Below, piece after piece: positions 35,501 through 47,994 of a stretch of DNA of 64,000 nt (the first letter of the stretch is position 1; each line of letters opens with the position of its first letter). Below the pieces are notes generated by a model. The model did no database searches, was not told where the DNA came from, and saw only the letters and a list, made by a program, of their open reading frames with translations. The position numbers and the translations under genes are program-made. Where the stretch lies: positions 85,624,001-85,688,000 of the forward strand of contig NC_086108.1 in NCBI RefSeq assembly GCF_963921235.1. Direction: 5' to 3'. This stretch comes from Mobula hypostoma (lineage: Eukaryota).

Positions 35501-37529
35501 AAGTACTGGGTTTTCCCTTGGTAGAGATATCAATAATAAGCAGGTGTAGGTTTAACAAGAGAATGTGCTGCCAGACGAGGTGGAGGAATTAAGTACAATC
35601 ATTGCTCCGTTAGTTGTGGCTCACTTGGAAGTACTCCAGCTTCTGAATCAGAAGAGACTAAGAGCAAGTTCTACACTGGGGACCTGAACACAGAAATCTC
35701 AGAGGGCTCTCTAGTGCACATTATAAGCTCTCATAAGAATATTATCATGAAAAGCTTGCTCATTTTGTTATAAAGGCAAAAAATGGTGGAAGCAATCTAG
35801 GCGTGATCTATGGAAAGAAAAAAACACAATAAAAAAACAAATTAAACACTTAACAGTTTGGAGACCTTTCATCAGTAGTTTCAAAGTGCATTTATATTCA
35901 AAGAATATATAAATTATACAAACCAGATTTGTTTGCTTACAGGCAGTTGCAAAGGAAGGAACCCAAAAGAACCCAATTGTAAAAAATAAAACCAACTCCA
36001 GTGCCCACAGAGAAAGAGAGAAAAAAAACCACAAAACAAGTTATGCAAACAATGAAATGAGCAACAACACAGCATTTCAAACCAAACTGAGTCCTTAGAT
36101 CCAAATCATATGAGCAGGACAAATCACCACAAAGTTCGCAGACATGAAAGTTTGCAGTACTGGAAAAGAGAGAAAATTACAAGACTTCAAAACTTCCTCA
36201 TTTGCTGTAAAAAATGTTTTGTGACAACATGTACATTTTCTTTATTTGCTGGTTAAGGGAAACTATTTATTCTCATAAAATGTTTGGAAAATCTCTTTTA
36301 AGTTGTATGGGGGTCATGGTACAGGTTCAGGGGTTAGGGAGATGTTGTTTTGTGCAAGAACACAAGAGATTCAACAGATGCTGGAAATCCAGAGAAGCTC
36401 ACGCAAAATGTTGGAGGAAATCAGCAGGTCAAGCAACATCTATGGAGAGGAGTAAAGAGCAATGTTTGAGCAGAAATCCCTTCTGCTGCCTGACCTGCTG
36501 ATTTCCTCCAGCATCTTGTGTGTGTTATTTTATGCAAATGACATTTCAACAGCTATTAGTTCATCCCATGGCTTTCTGTATGATGCGTATTAATTTAGAA
36601 GATGGACCAACATTCAGCTGGGGAAGCAGAGAAAGAATTTCAAACCATGTTTAAACGGTCCATAAATTAATATTCTTTTTAACATAGTTTTCCCTGCAGT
36701 AGCTTCAAGGATTATATGAACTATATCATTGTAATGTATATTCAGAAACAAATAGTTGGGAGGAGGGTTTATGGATGGACTATTAGTTGTATTCAGGATT
36801 TTATGTCTCTCCTAAATGATACTATATCAGTATATCTAAGGGACTATATTAGCTCTATATTAGGCAGTCATTTGCATTATGAATAAATTGCTTTCATTTG
36901 AATTCTATAGATTCTGTGATGGCTGTTGTGACCAACTGGGATGTAAATGTTGCAGACGTGGCACAGGTGAGGTGACGGCAGTGATGGTGTGTGGTGTGTG
37001 GTGGGGGGGTGGTGAGCGGTGGTGGTGCTGGTTGTGGGAGGGTTGGTGGTGGTCAGGCCACGTGGGAGGCAATGTGCTCCTTCCACTCATTTTGCTGCAC
37101 TTCCATGCACTCCTGATAAAGAGGCTTCAAGTTCTCGGTACATTCCATTTTGATCGTTCATGGAACAGGTGTCCTTCTCAGTAGATGACAATTTTAAGGA
37201 AATTCTGAGTCTCTCCTTGAAGTACTTTCCCTATTATTCTGGCAATTTCTCAGCATGTTGGAATCTCTTTACCTGGTTACCTGGTGTGGTTGCCCATCAG
37301 AGCTGGCTGAGCATAAGTCATGGCTGTAATTATGGGGATCTTGTTATGCTTATTTTACCAATGGATCTGGAGAGTTTTGCAGTGTCAGTATTATTGTTAC
37401 CTCTTCAATGTTTTGAGGTGCCTGCTTTATATCTCTGAAGTGTAAGGGCAGTTTGGGGGGGGGGTGGGGGTTGGTGCTGAGGATGACTGTTACAAAGTCA
37501 TAAGACCATTAGACATAGGAGTAGAATTA

Positions 37530-37985
37530 GATCGTAGATCATAGAGTTGTACAACATAGAGTGACCCACCAAGCCAATGCTGCCCTTCCTGCCCAACTAC
37601 ACTAATCCCAGTTGCCTGTGTTGGAGCTGGAACCTTTTAGGACTTGTCTATGCCATGATGTCTTTTAAATGCAGTGATCTCCTTTAAAACTCCCTCTGTC
37701 TCATTAAACCTGTGCCTTCTTATGATTGCTATCTTCACCATGGAAAAGGAATATGACTTTTGCACTATCTGTGCACCTTATGATTTTATATATAGTGTCT
37801 CTATTGGGTATTAGTCAGCCTACTCTTCTTCTTTCTTCATTCTAGGGAAAATCAGCCCAACCTATCCAATCTCTCCCTGTATCTAAAGTCCTCCAACCCA
37901 GGCAATATCCTGATGAATATCCTCTGCACTCTTTCCAGCACAATCATATCCTTCCTAGTGTGCTGCAACCAGAACTGCACACATT
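37530..37985 (-). mobile_element. Degraded CR1 3' fragment
   Basis: CVQFW motif (ccagaactgcacaca on the plus strand), LE.VQR.FIR remnants and a 3' UTR. Confidence 0.6.
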
Positions 37986-38059
37986 GTGATCAACCTTTCC
38001 CCACTTTGGGACATCAGCTTGTGGACCCATCATATCCCTTTTAATAATTACCTTGAAAC

Positions 38060-38470
38060 TTACAGCTTCTCCTCTATGGGCTCTGTCAATGCCTCAGTAA
38101 AGCAGCAGCCTCCTGGCTGAGTGCAAAGACCCCACCCACTCTGGAGATTTTCTCTTCTCCCCTCTCCCATTGGACAGAAGATACAAAAGTCTGAAAGCAT
38201 GTACCATCAGACTCAAGGACATCTTCTATCCCACTGTTATCAGACTCTCAAATGGACCTCTTCTGTGTTAAGATGGGCTCTTGACCTCACAGTCTATTTC
38301 GTTAGGATCTTTCACTTTGTTTTATCATCACTGCACTTTTTCAGTAGCTCTTACACTGTATTGTTATTGTTTGATCTTATACATTTGGTCAGTATAAACA
38401 GTAAGAAAGACAAGATTTTCACTGTATCTTGATACACATGACAATAATAAACCAATACTCATACCGATAT
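38060..38470 (+). mobile_element. Rex1 3' end
   Basis: KDPTH..LPLDRRYKSL-like motif and gacaataataa tail, as at 25262-25735. Confidence 0.7.
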
Positions 38471-38499
38471 GGCTGAGCATCGAGGGCATTACTGATCAC

Positions 38500-41400
38500 G
38501 CGAAGGAAAACGGCATTGATTGTACCAGTGATGCCTCCCTCCCTGACACTCAAAACAACTTTTATGTATGCTTCGAGCAGCTATGAAAGCTATCACCCTT
38601 CCGGGTGAGCAGAGGCTGTCTGTAACGGCAGCAGACGTGAGGAAGACTCTGCAGAGGGTCAAGCTCCATAAGGCTGACAGGCCAGGCGACATCCCAGGCT
38701 GAGTACTCAGGGAGTGTGTACACCAGCTCACTGATAGACATACACATAGACATAAAAATAGGTGCAGGAGTAGGCCATTTGGCCCTTCAAGCCTGCACCG
38801 CCATTCAGTATGATCATGGCTGATCATCCAACTCAGAACCCTGTAACTGCCTTCTCTCCATACCCCCGATCCCTTTAGCCACAAGGGCCATATCTAACCC
38901 CCTCTTAAATATAACCAATGAACTAGCCTCAACTGTTTCCTGTAGCACAGAATTCCACAGATTCACCACTCTCTGTGTGAAGAAGTTTTTCCTCATCACG
39001 GTCCTAAAAGGCTTCCCCTTTATCCTCAAACTGTGACCCCTCGTTCTGGACTTCCCCAACATCGGGAACAATCTTCCTGCATCTAGTCTGTCCAATCCCT
39101 TTAGAATTTTATACGTTTCAATCAGATCCCCCCTCAATCTTCTAAATTCCAGAGTGTAAAAGCCTAGTCGATCCAGACTTTCATCATATGAAAGTCCTAC
39201 CATCCCAGGAATCAATCTGGTGAACCTTCTTTGTACTCCCTCTGTGGCAAGAATGTCTTTCCTCAGATTAGGGGACCAAAACTGCACACAATACTCCAGG
39301 TGTGGTCTCACCAAGGCCTTGTACAACTGCAGTAGTATCTCCCTGCTCCTGTACTGGAGTCCTCTTGCTATGAATGCCAGCATACCATTGGCATTTTTCA
39401 CCGCCTGCTGTACCTGCATGCCCACTTTCAATGACTGGTGTACAATGACACCCAGGTCTCGTTGCACCTCCCCTTTTCCTAATCGGCCACCATTCAGGTA
39501 ATAATCTGTTTTCCTGTTCTTGCCACCAAAGTGGATAACCTCACATTTATCCACATTAAATTGCATTTGCCATGAATTTGCCCATTCACCTAACCTATCC
39601 AAGTCACCCTACATCCTCTTAGCATCCTCCTCACAGCTAACACTGCTGCCCAGCTTCGTGTCATCTGCAAACTTGGAGATGCTGCATTTAATTCCCTCGT
39701 CTAAGTCATTAATATATATTGTAAACAACTGGGGTCCCAGCACTGAGCCTTGTGGTACCCTACTAGTCACTGCCTGCCATTCTGAAAAGGTCCCGTTTAT
39801 TCCTACTCTTTGCTTCCTGTCTGCCAACCAATTCTCTATCCACATCAATACCTTACCCCCAATACCATGTGCTTTAAGTTTGCACACTAATCTCCTGTGT
39901 GGGACCTTGTCAAAAGCCTTTTGAAAATCCAAATGTACCACATCCACTGGTTCTCCCCTATCCATTCTACTAGTTACATCCTCAAAAAATTCTATGAGAT
40001 TCGTCAGACATGATTTTCCTTTCACAAATCCATGTTGGCTTTGTCCGATGATTTCACCGCTTTCCAAATGTGCTGTTATCACATCTTTGATAACTGACTC
40101 TAGCATTTTCCCCACCACCGATGTCAGGCTAACTGGTCTATAATTCCCCGGTTTCTCTCTCCCTCCTTTTTTAAAAAGTGGGGTTACATTAGCCACCCTC
40201 CAATCCTCAGGAACTAATCCAGAATCTAAAGAGTTTTGAAAAATTATCACTAATGTATCCACTATTTCTTGTGCTACTTCTTTAAGCACTCTGGGATGCA
40301 GACCATCTGGCCCTGGGGATTTATTTGCCTTTAATCCCTTCAATTTACCTAACACCACTTCCCTACTAACATGTATTTCCCTCAGTTCCTTCATCTCACT
40401 AGACCCTCGATCCCCTACTATCTTCAAGGACATCTTTAATACTTCACTTATCCAGGCTGTTGTCCTCACATGCTTCAAAATAGCCAGCATCATCCCTGTA
40501 CCAAAGAAATCTACACCTTCAGAACTAAGTGACCCAGTGGCACTGATGCCAATTATGGGGAACAGCTGGTGATGGCACATATCAAAAACTCTATTCCTGC
40601 CACACTGGACACTCGCCAATATGCTGACTGACAGAACTGCTCTATGATAGATGCTATAGTATCTGTCATGCACCTGGCACTGACACACCTCGAAAAAAAG
40701 GACACCTCTTTGTGTCAGCAGCATAGTCGTGGAAAGTGTGAGCAGTTTCGAACTCCTGGAAGTGTTCATTTCACAAAATCTCTCCTGGTCCCAGAACACT
40801 TCCTGCATAATCAGGAAAGCTGGCCAAAGTCTCTACTTTCTGGGGAGGCTGAAGAGAGCTGGACTATACACACCTACACTTGCGTCCTTCTACTGATGCG
40901 GAGTTGAGAGCATCCTAACATGCTGCATCACTGCGTGGTACGGAAAGCTCTAAAACGGGTAGTCCAAACTGCCCAACTTATCACCAGCACCAGCCCATCC
41001 ACCACTGAGAACATATATACAGAAAGGTGCCAGGAAAAAGGCCAGTAATATCATGAAGGATCCCACCCACCCTGCTTATGGACTATTTATACCACTCCCA
41101 TCACGGAGGAGACGACCTGCCAGGACGACCAGACTCAAAAACAGTTACTTTCCCCACGCAGCAAGGCCGAACAACACCTCCACCCACTAACCCACTCCAG
41201 CACTCACCCTGCTGCCCGCAGCCTCTACCTTATCCTTTCTGGTCAGAGTCACCTTATGTACAGACACTCCTGTGCCTCACCTCACTTTATGAATATACAA
41301 TCAACCTATGTATATAAGCTACCTTATGTATTTAAATTTGTTGTGTTGTTTTAATTGTGTTCTTTATCTTATTGTGTTTCTTTTTATGTTGCATTCTTTT
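38500..41400 (+). mobile_element. Degraded Rex1 LINE split by a young CR1
   Basis: DVRKTL..KADRPGDIPG.VLREC..QLTD|IFKDIFN.SL.QAVV.TCFK rejoins across 38735-40419. Confidence 0.8.
38735..40419 (-). mobile_element. Young 5'-truncated CR1 with almost intact RT
   Basis: ORFs 39609-40808 and 38814-39602 are in frame and separated by one TAG. KSPGPDG, NYRPVSLTS, DFQKAFDKVPH, VPQGSVLGP and FADDTK motifs. Confidence 0.92.
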
Positions 41401-41410
41401 GTTCTCCTTT

Positions 41411-41599
41411 ACATAGAACATAGAATAGTACAGCAGAGTACAGGCCCTTCGGCCCACATTTTTGTGACGACCCTCAAACCCTGCCTCCCATATAACCCCC
41501 CACCTTAAATTCCTCCATATACCTGTGTAGTAGTCTCTTAAACTTCACTAGTGTATCTGCCTCCACCACTGACTCAGGCAGTGCATTCCACGCACCAAC
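41411..41599 (-). mobile_element. Short CR1 3' end
   Basis: Near-identical to 10119-10307. Confidence 0.85.
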
Positions 41600-41619
41600 A
41601 CTTGTTTACTGGAAATTAC

Positions 41620-42570
41620 TTTAAACAATCTCCAATCTATAATCCTATGTTTTACCCATCTGGTCTCTGAGGAAGATCCCTCCAGGACATCCTTTTTAGA
41701 ACTGCTATTATGTTCCTCCTTTCCAGTGATGTGGCACTCCCACCTCTGCTTTGAAACCCTCTTGTCACATCTGAAACTTCTATACCCTGGAATATTAAAT
41801 TGTCAGTTGCTGATCCAATTGCTGATCCATGCTCTAAACTTACCTGACCTAACCTGCAAGGTTCCTTTTGTGAAAGTAAATACAATCCAGTTGGTCAGCA
41901 ACACCGCCCCCCCCCCCCATGCTCTCTCGCCTGTGCTATGCCTGAAGTTGATTGATTTATCGATATAGTTCGTTCAATCTCCCCACCTGCTGCACTGTCA
42001 CCTGCCTCCAAACTAGCTTAAGCCTCCCTGCAATGTGAACTATGGCCTCTGGTCATTCTCTTTTTCCCTTCAGAGTTTTCTATACCTCATTGAAGGCACA
42101 TCCAACCCTGGCAGCAGGCTGGCAACATACCATTCAGGAGTCTGATTCTCGGCTGCTCTATTGTCTGTCTTTTCCCCTTATTAACAAATACCCATTTACC
42201 ACTACTCGCACAGATTTTTCCCACTGCTGCTGTGTATTACAGCCATTTAAGGAGCCACTTAGCTTCTCCTGCCACTTCTGTCCAAGAGAATCAACCCCTT
42301 CCAACACCCTGCGGGATTTGGCATGTTATACTGTACCTGAGTGAGAGGGGAATGACTACAGAGGGAGACCGTTGCACTATCTGCTTGTTTTACTGCCCTA
42401 CCTGGTGGTTGCCAGTCCCCTTTCTTTCTGCAGCTGCAGTGTGACTAGTTTGTGTTTTCCAAGATATCGCCTGCATTCTGGATGCCCTAAAACTGAGGTC
42501 AAATAGAAGCTGCAGCCAGACGGACTTCTGGCAGATGCCCCACATTCTGCAGGCAGAACATACCACTACC
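41620..42570 (-). mobile_element. Highly degraded CR1 ORF1 and ORF2-start remnants
   Basis: MVC.PAARV esterase-like segment at ~42100-42200; C..C.MW motif at ~42540-42562. Confidence 0.5.
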
Positions 42571-43003
42571 CTGGCTTATGTATCCTTTCCCACTAGTTCC
42601 TTCTACTGAGAAAGAGGAAAGGAAAGTTACCTGGTCCTAAGCAACACGAACGCAAAATACAAGAGGAAGTCAACAGTTCAGTCGGTATCTATGAAGGAGA
42701 ATAGAGTTTCCCTTCCACCCGTGTTCTTATACTGGCTTCTGTCCCCTTTCTTTCCAGTCCTGATGAAGGTCTTGGTCCAAGTCGTCAACTGTTTATTCCA
42801 CCTCTCCCCCCTCATATTGTGTGTGTTGCTCACAATTTCCAGCATTTGCACAATCTCTTGTGTTAACGTTACCTAGTCATGACTTGCCTTCCTTACCAAA
42901 GCTCGATGCACAGCAAAGACCCACAGCTCCTCAGAAAATGGCTGTCCCCACCATATCTGGTGGTTCTTTTTATCTCACTCACCAGTAATTCTGTAGGTGC
43001 AAT

Positions 43004-43689
43004 GGGAGGAGGAGAAGATGGCGGCGCGACGCAGCTTGCGAGGCCATTCCGGTGAATGATATCTGTAATCTGTCAAGTAGGGTGCCGTGCATAATCCTGA
43101 TTTGATGGAGACAGACCTGAGAACACAGAGGAACATCTGGAGAAACTTCTGAAATGCCTGTTTCACTGCCGCTGTTACTGTGTGATCCTGAATCTCTGGA
43201 GGGGAAGGCCGCGAGTCCTCGGCTTTGCTTGTTGCTTGGCGGCCGGGGCGGGGTCGAAGCGCTCGGCAGAGATGGTGCTCGGTGCTCGGTGTCGAAGGGC
43301 TGGTCGGAGGCTCAAAGTTTTCAGACAGATTCAAAATCAGCTGTGGTCGGGTGCTTCCAATGCATCGACAGTTGTCGGTGCCTGGAGGTTTATGGCAGAG
43401 AGAGTTTCTCCCTTCTGACACCTGCTATCAGGGACTATCGGGAATCGATCGGAACTTTGAAACTTTTTTTTACCGTTCCCATGGTCTGCTCTTTATCAAA
43501 TTATGGTATTGCTTTGCACTACTGTAACTATATGTTATAATTATGTGGTCTCGTCAGTGTTAGTCTTTGGTTTGTCTTGTTGTTTTTGTGATATTACTCT
43601 GGAGGAACATTGTATCAGTTCTCAATGCATGCATGCATATCTAAATGACAATAAATGAGGACTGCGTGTCCTCATAATCTAATCTAATC
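43004..43689 (+). mobile_element. Non-coding non-autonomous retroelement (~690 bp) with AAGATGGCGG head and (AATCT)n tail
   Basis: A second copy lies inverted at 44437-45110 with matching ends. Terminal hairpin TGAGGAC-tgcgt-GTCCTCA; AATAAA. Confidence 0.8.
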
Positions 43690-43829
43690 CTTTTGCTGCT
43701 TTAGGTCTTACCTCTTGCTCTTCATCAATGTGGTTCACTAAATTATGAGAAACCTGCCCCCTCTGCATAGCAATCTCTCCCCTCTTTCTGCTGACAATGA
43801 AGTACCAATGAGACTTTGAAAAATACTGA

Positions 43830-44366
43830 AAAATTTCTATAGTTGTACAGTGGAGAGCATTCGGACAGGCTGCATTACTGTTTGGTATGGAGGGGCTACT
43901 GCACAGGACCAAAAGAAGCTGCAGAAGGTTGTAAATCTAGTCAGCTCCATCCTGGGCACTAGCCTACAAAGTACCCAGGACATCTTTAGGGAGTGGTGTC
44001 TCAGAAAAGCAGCATCCATTATTAAGGACCTCCAGCACCCAGGGCATGCTCTTTTCTCACTGTTACCATCAGGTAGGAGGTACAGAAGCCTGAAGGCACA
44101 CACTCAGCGATTCAGGAACAGCTTCTTCCCCTCTGCCATCCGATTCCTAAATGGACTTTGAAGCTTTGGACACTACCTCACTTTTTAAAAAAATATACAG
44201 TATTTCTGTTTTTGCACATTTTTAAATATCAATTCAATATATGTAATTGATTTACTTGTTTATTTATTATTATGTTTTATTTAATTTATTATTATTATTA
44301 TTTTCTCTCTCTGCTAGATTATGTATTGCATTGAACTGCTGCTGCTATGTTAACAAATTCCACAGC
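43830..44366 (+). mobile_element. Rex1 3' part; its final ~55 bp lie at 52702-52760, beyond the L1 insertion
   Basis: ORF 43850-44161 (GCITVWYG..KAASIIKD..LPSGRRYRS). The tail ...tgccggtgataataaacctgattctgattctg resumes after the L1. Confidence 0.88.
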
Positions 44367-44436
44367 GGTTCCGGTGACATCATCGTCTAGAATGGCAGCT
44401 TAAATCAACAGCTCCTCTGGAAAAACGCATTTTTTT

Positions 44437-45110
44437 TTAGATTATGAGGACACTCAGTCCTTGTTCACTGTCATTTAGAAATGCATGCATTAAGAAATGA
44501 TACAATGTTCCTCCAGTATGATATCACAGAAACACAGGACAGACAAAGACTAAAACTGACAAAAACCACATAATTATAACATATAGTTACAACAGGGCAA
44601 AGCAATACAGTAACTTGATAAGAGCAGACCATGGGCACGGTAAAAAAAAAAGTCTCAAAGTCCCGATAGCCCATCATCTCACACAGACGGTAGAAGGGAG
44701 AAACTCTCCCTGCCATGAGCTTCCAGCGCCGCAAACTTGCCGATGCAGCATCCTGGAAGCACCCGATCACAGCCGACTCTGAGTCCGTCCAAAAACTTCG
44801 AGCCTCCGACCAACCCTCCGACACCGAGCACTGAGCACCAGCTCTACCGAGCGCTTCGACCCCGGCCCCAGCCGCCGAGCAACAGGCAAAGCTGAGGACC
44901 CGGGGCCTTCTCCTCTGGAGATTGCGGATCACACAATAGCAGCGACTGCGATACAGGCATTTCAGAAGTTTTACCAAATGTTCCTCTGTGCTCTCTTGTC
45001 TGCCTCCATCAAATCAGAATTGTGCACGGCATCCTACTTGACAAATAACAGATATTCACCACTGGAGTGGCCGCGCGCGCTGCGTCGTGTCGCCATCTTC
45101 TCCTCTCCTC
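44437..45110 (-). mobile_element. Second copy of the ~690-bp non-autonomous element, inserted in the L1 5' UTR
   Basis: Reverse complement aligns by eye end-to-end with 43004-43689. Confidence 0.8.
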
Positions 45111-45182
45111 ATCCACTTTGCCCCGCTAATCCATCAAATATAAGATCTTTCGAAAATATCTGAACTGATAAGGGGGGCAAGA

Positions 45183-46255
45183 ATGGGGAAAAAGAATAGA
45201 GATAGAAAAAAGCACCACTGTGGAGCTTATGGAAGAGAGAGGTACAAGCAGTGGCTCTCCTGTATGTGCGCGTGGCGGCGAGGCTGACACTGGGCCTTGT
45301 GCAGGCGAAGCAGCAAATATGATAAGGATTCTGGAGGAGATCAGGGAAGTCCAAAAGGATATAAAGCAGCAACTCAGTGATACAAAGTCAGCGCTCACCA
45401 ACATCAATCAGAAAATAGTGGTGGCAGAGACTCAAATTGAGAAGGTGGAAGATCGCATGCAAAACGTGGAACAGATACTACGTAAGACGATGAAAATATT
45501 AAATCAACAGGAAAGTAAATTGCTTGACCAGGAAGGAAGATCGCGATGGAAAAATATCAGGATTTATAATGTTCCCGAAGGAGCAGAGGGATTGTCGATA
45601 ATAGAATTTGTAGAAAAGCTGCAGTGGGAAGTGCTGGAGATGTCCCTGACTATGGAGATTGAAACTGAGAGGGCGCATTGTTCGCTCGTCCCACGGCCTC
45701 CCGGAGACAGAGAAAGTAAACCGCGCTCAATAGTACTTAAATTCCTTCGATTCAAGAGCAAGGCGGAGATTCTATGAAGGGCCTGGGCTAAGAAGAGGGT
45801 GTTTTGGAATGGGAAGTTAATATACTTCGATCATCCCCTCCCCCCCCCCCCACCACCCGGCGGTCCTACAGAAACGGAAGGAATATTCCAAAGTAAAACA
45901 TATATTAAAGCAAAAAAAGATTGAATTCCAAACCCCGTACCCTGCTAAGCTGAGGATATCTTACCAAGAAGGGATACAGCTATAACAGATGGTGGAAGAG
46001 GCTACTACAGACGTGAATAACAGAGGACTGCCCTTTAGCGTGGTCAAACCAAGGGAAACTCTGGCTGAGCAGTTGTCCCGATCTGCTTGGGAAATAGTAA
46101 AATAATTGAGAAAGCAGGGGACGGGAACAGGACCAAAGAAGGATATTAGGAAGAGACTGTCAGTTCTCCGAGGGCAGCCCTCACCTCCTCCAGAAGAGCC
46201 ACAAGGTATGGCTAACTTTAAAAGTGCTGAGAAACTAAACGGAAGCAAAAATAGA
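45183..46255 (+). pseudogene. L1 ORF1 (coiled coil and RRM), disrupted
   Basis: LLDQEGRSRWKNIRIYNVPEGAEG..ERAH..PRSIVLKFLRFKSKAEIL; premature stop at 45777 and later frameshifts. Confidence 0.85.
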
Positions 46256-46651
46256 TGGTGATATACCTATATCGAGAAATACGTATTATAATGTGGATTT
46301 TATACTACTCAATTTCTTAAAAATTCATTCATTCATTCCTTTTTCCTCACCTAAATGAGGATATATACATGGGAGAAATACACAGGGAAATCATTTCTGT
46401 GTAATGGTCATAGATTTTTTTACTTACTTTTACAGGTACTGCAGCGGGGGTCCTCAACTCACAGGTAGGAAGGGCTATTCCCACGGCTAGACATTTCTTC
46501 TAGCTCAACCCAGGGTCACCTAGAGACCCCAGCCTTGGAATCACACCTTCGTTACCTTTTTTTTTATTATTCACGTTTCTTGGCTCTTATTTGTTCGGGG
46601 AGTAGATTGATTAAATTATATTCTGCAAATTTCAATGATATACTAACAGAT

Positions 46652-47985
46652 ACTTTATTGTCGCCAAACAATTGATACTAGAACGCACAATCATCACAGT
46701 GACATTTGATTCTGCGCTTCGTGCTCCCTGGAAACTTGCACTGAGTACAGCAGGGGGCTGAGTACACAGCCTTATGGGGCACCGGTGCTCAGAGTGATTG
46801 TAGAGGAGAACTTGTCCCCTATTTTTACAGCCTGGGTCCTGTCGGTGAGGAAGTTGAAGATCCAGCTGCAGATCTGAGTGCTAAGGCCCAGGTTCCGGAG
46901 CTTAGGAATCATTTTATTTGGAATGATGGTATTAAAGGCAGAGCTGTAGTCAATGAAAAGGAGCCTTACATATGCGTCTTTATTCTCCAGGTGTTCTAAG
47001 GAGGAATGTAGGGCCCGAGAGATGGCATCTGCTGTTGACCTCTTGCTCCGGTAGGCAAATTGCAAAGCATCGAGGTTGACTAATAGACTGTGGTTGATGT
47101 GTGCCATAACCAATTGCTTGAAGCACTTCATAGCAATTGATGTCAGAGTCACAGGTCGATAGTCATTCAGGCATGCCACCTTGCTTTTCTTCGGCACCGA
47201 GATTATCGTTGCCTTCTTAAAACACGAGGGGATCTTAGACTGAAGCAAGGAGCAGTTGAAGATGTCAGCAAACACTCCAGCTAGCTTGCTTGCACAGGCC
47301 CGGAGAACCTGTCCCGGGACGCCATCTGGGCCCGTCGCCTTCCTTGGATTTATCTTCAGGAAGGCCCTTCTAACGTCCTCCTCGGTGATGATAAATCTCG
47401 ATGCCACCAGGTCCGGTTCATCCGGAGGGAGTGGGACGCATTTCTTCTGTTCGAATCTTGCATAGAATGCATTAAATTCGTCAGGAAGAGAAGCACCACA
47501 GTTATTGATATTCCTAGCCTTTTCTTTGTGCCCAGTGATCTCATTTAGACCCTGCTATAGTCTACCGGCATCCCTCTGGTTAGCCTGGGCTTCCAACTTG
47601 GCTCGATATTGCCTCTTGGCGCCCTTAATGGTTTTCCGGAGTTCACGCCTGGATTCCGTGTAGTGACTGGTATCCCCGGACCTAAAAGCCGCAGCTCTAG
47701 CCTTCAAAAGGGACTTGACCTCATAATTCATCCAAGGTTTCCGATTAGGGAATAGCCGGATCATCTTGTGAGACACACAGTCCTCTGTGCATTTCCAGAT
47801 AAAGTCCATGACAGCTGAGGCATACTCATCGAGGTTAGCTGCTGAGTCCTTGAATACTAACCAGTCCACCGATTCAAAGCAGTCACAGAGGACCTCATCC
47901 GTTTCCTCCGTCCAACGCGACACCACTTTTGACACCGTGACCTCCCGCTTCAGTTTTTGTTTGTAAGCTGGGAGGAAGAGTACAG
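46652..47985 (-). mobile_element. Rex1 LINE with internal deletion, inserted between L1 ORF1 and ORF2
   Basis: FPNRKPWM, KATGPDGVPG, CLNDYRPVTLTS, LFIDYSSAFNTI and STGAP motifs. The RT jumps directly to the 3' tail at ~46732. Confidence 0.9.
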
Positions 47986-47994
47986 CACATATAC

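Noticed and set aside
36960..37070. Trp/Gly- or His/Pro-rich ORFs
   Set aside because: GGT/GT low-complexity sequence.
37090..37440. RTE LINE remnant on the minus strand
   Set aside because: Some resemblance, but too degraded to support as a feature.
39609..40808. 399-aa ORF as a novel protein
   Set aside because: Chimeric: antisense Rex1 sequence read into the CR1 RT across the insertion junction at ~40419.
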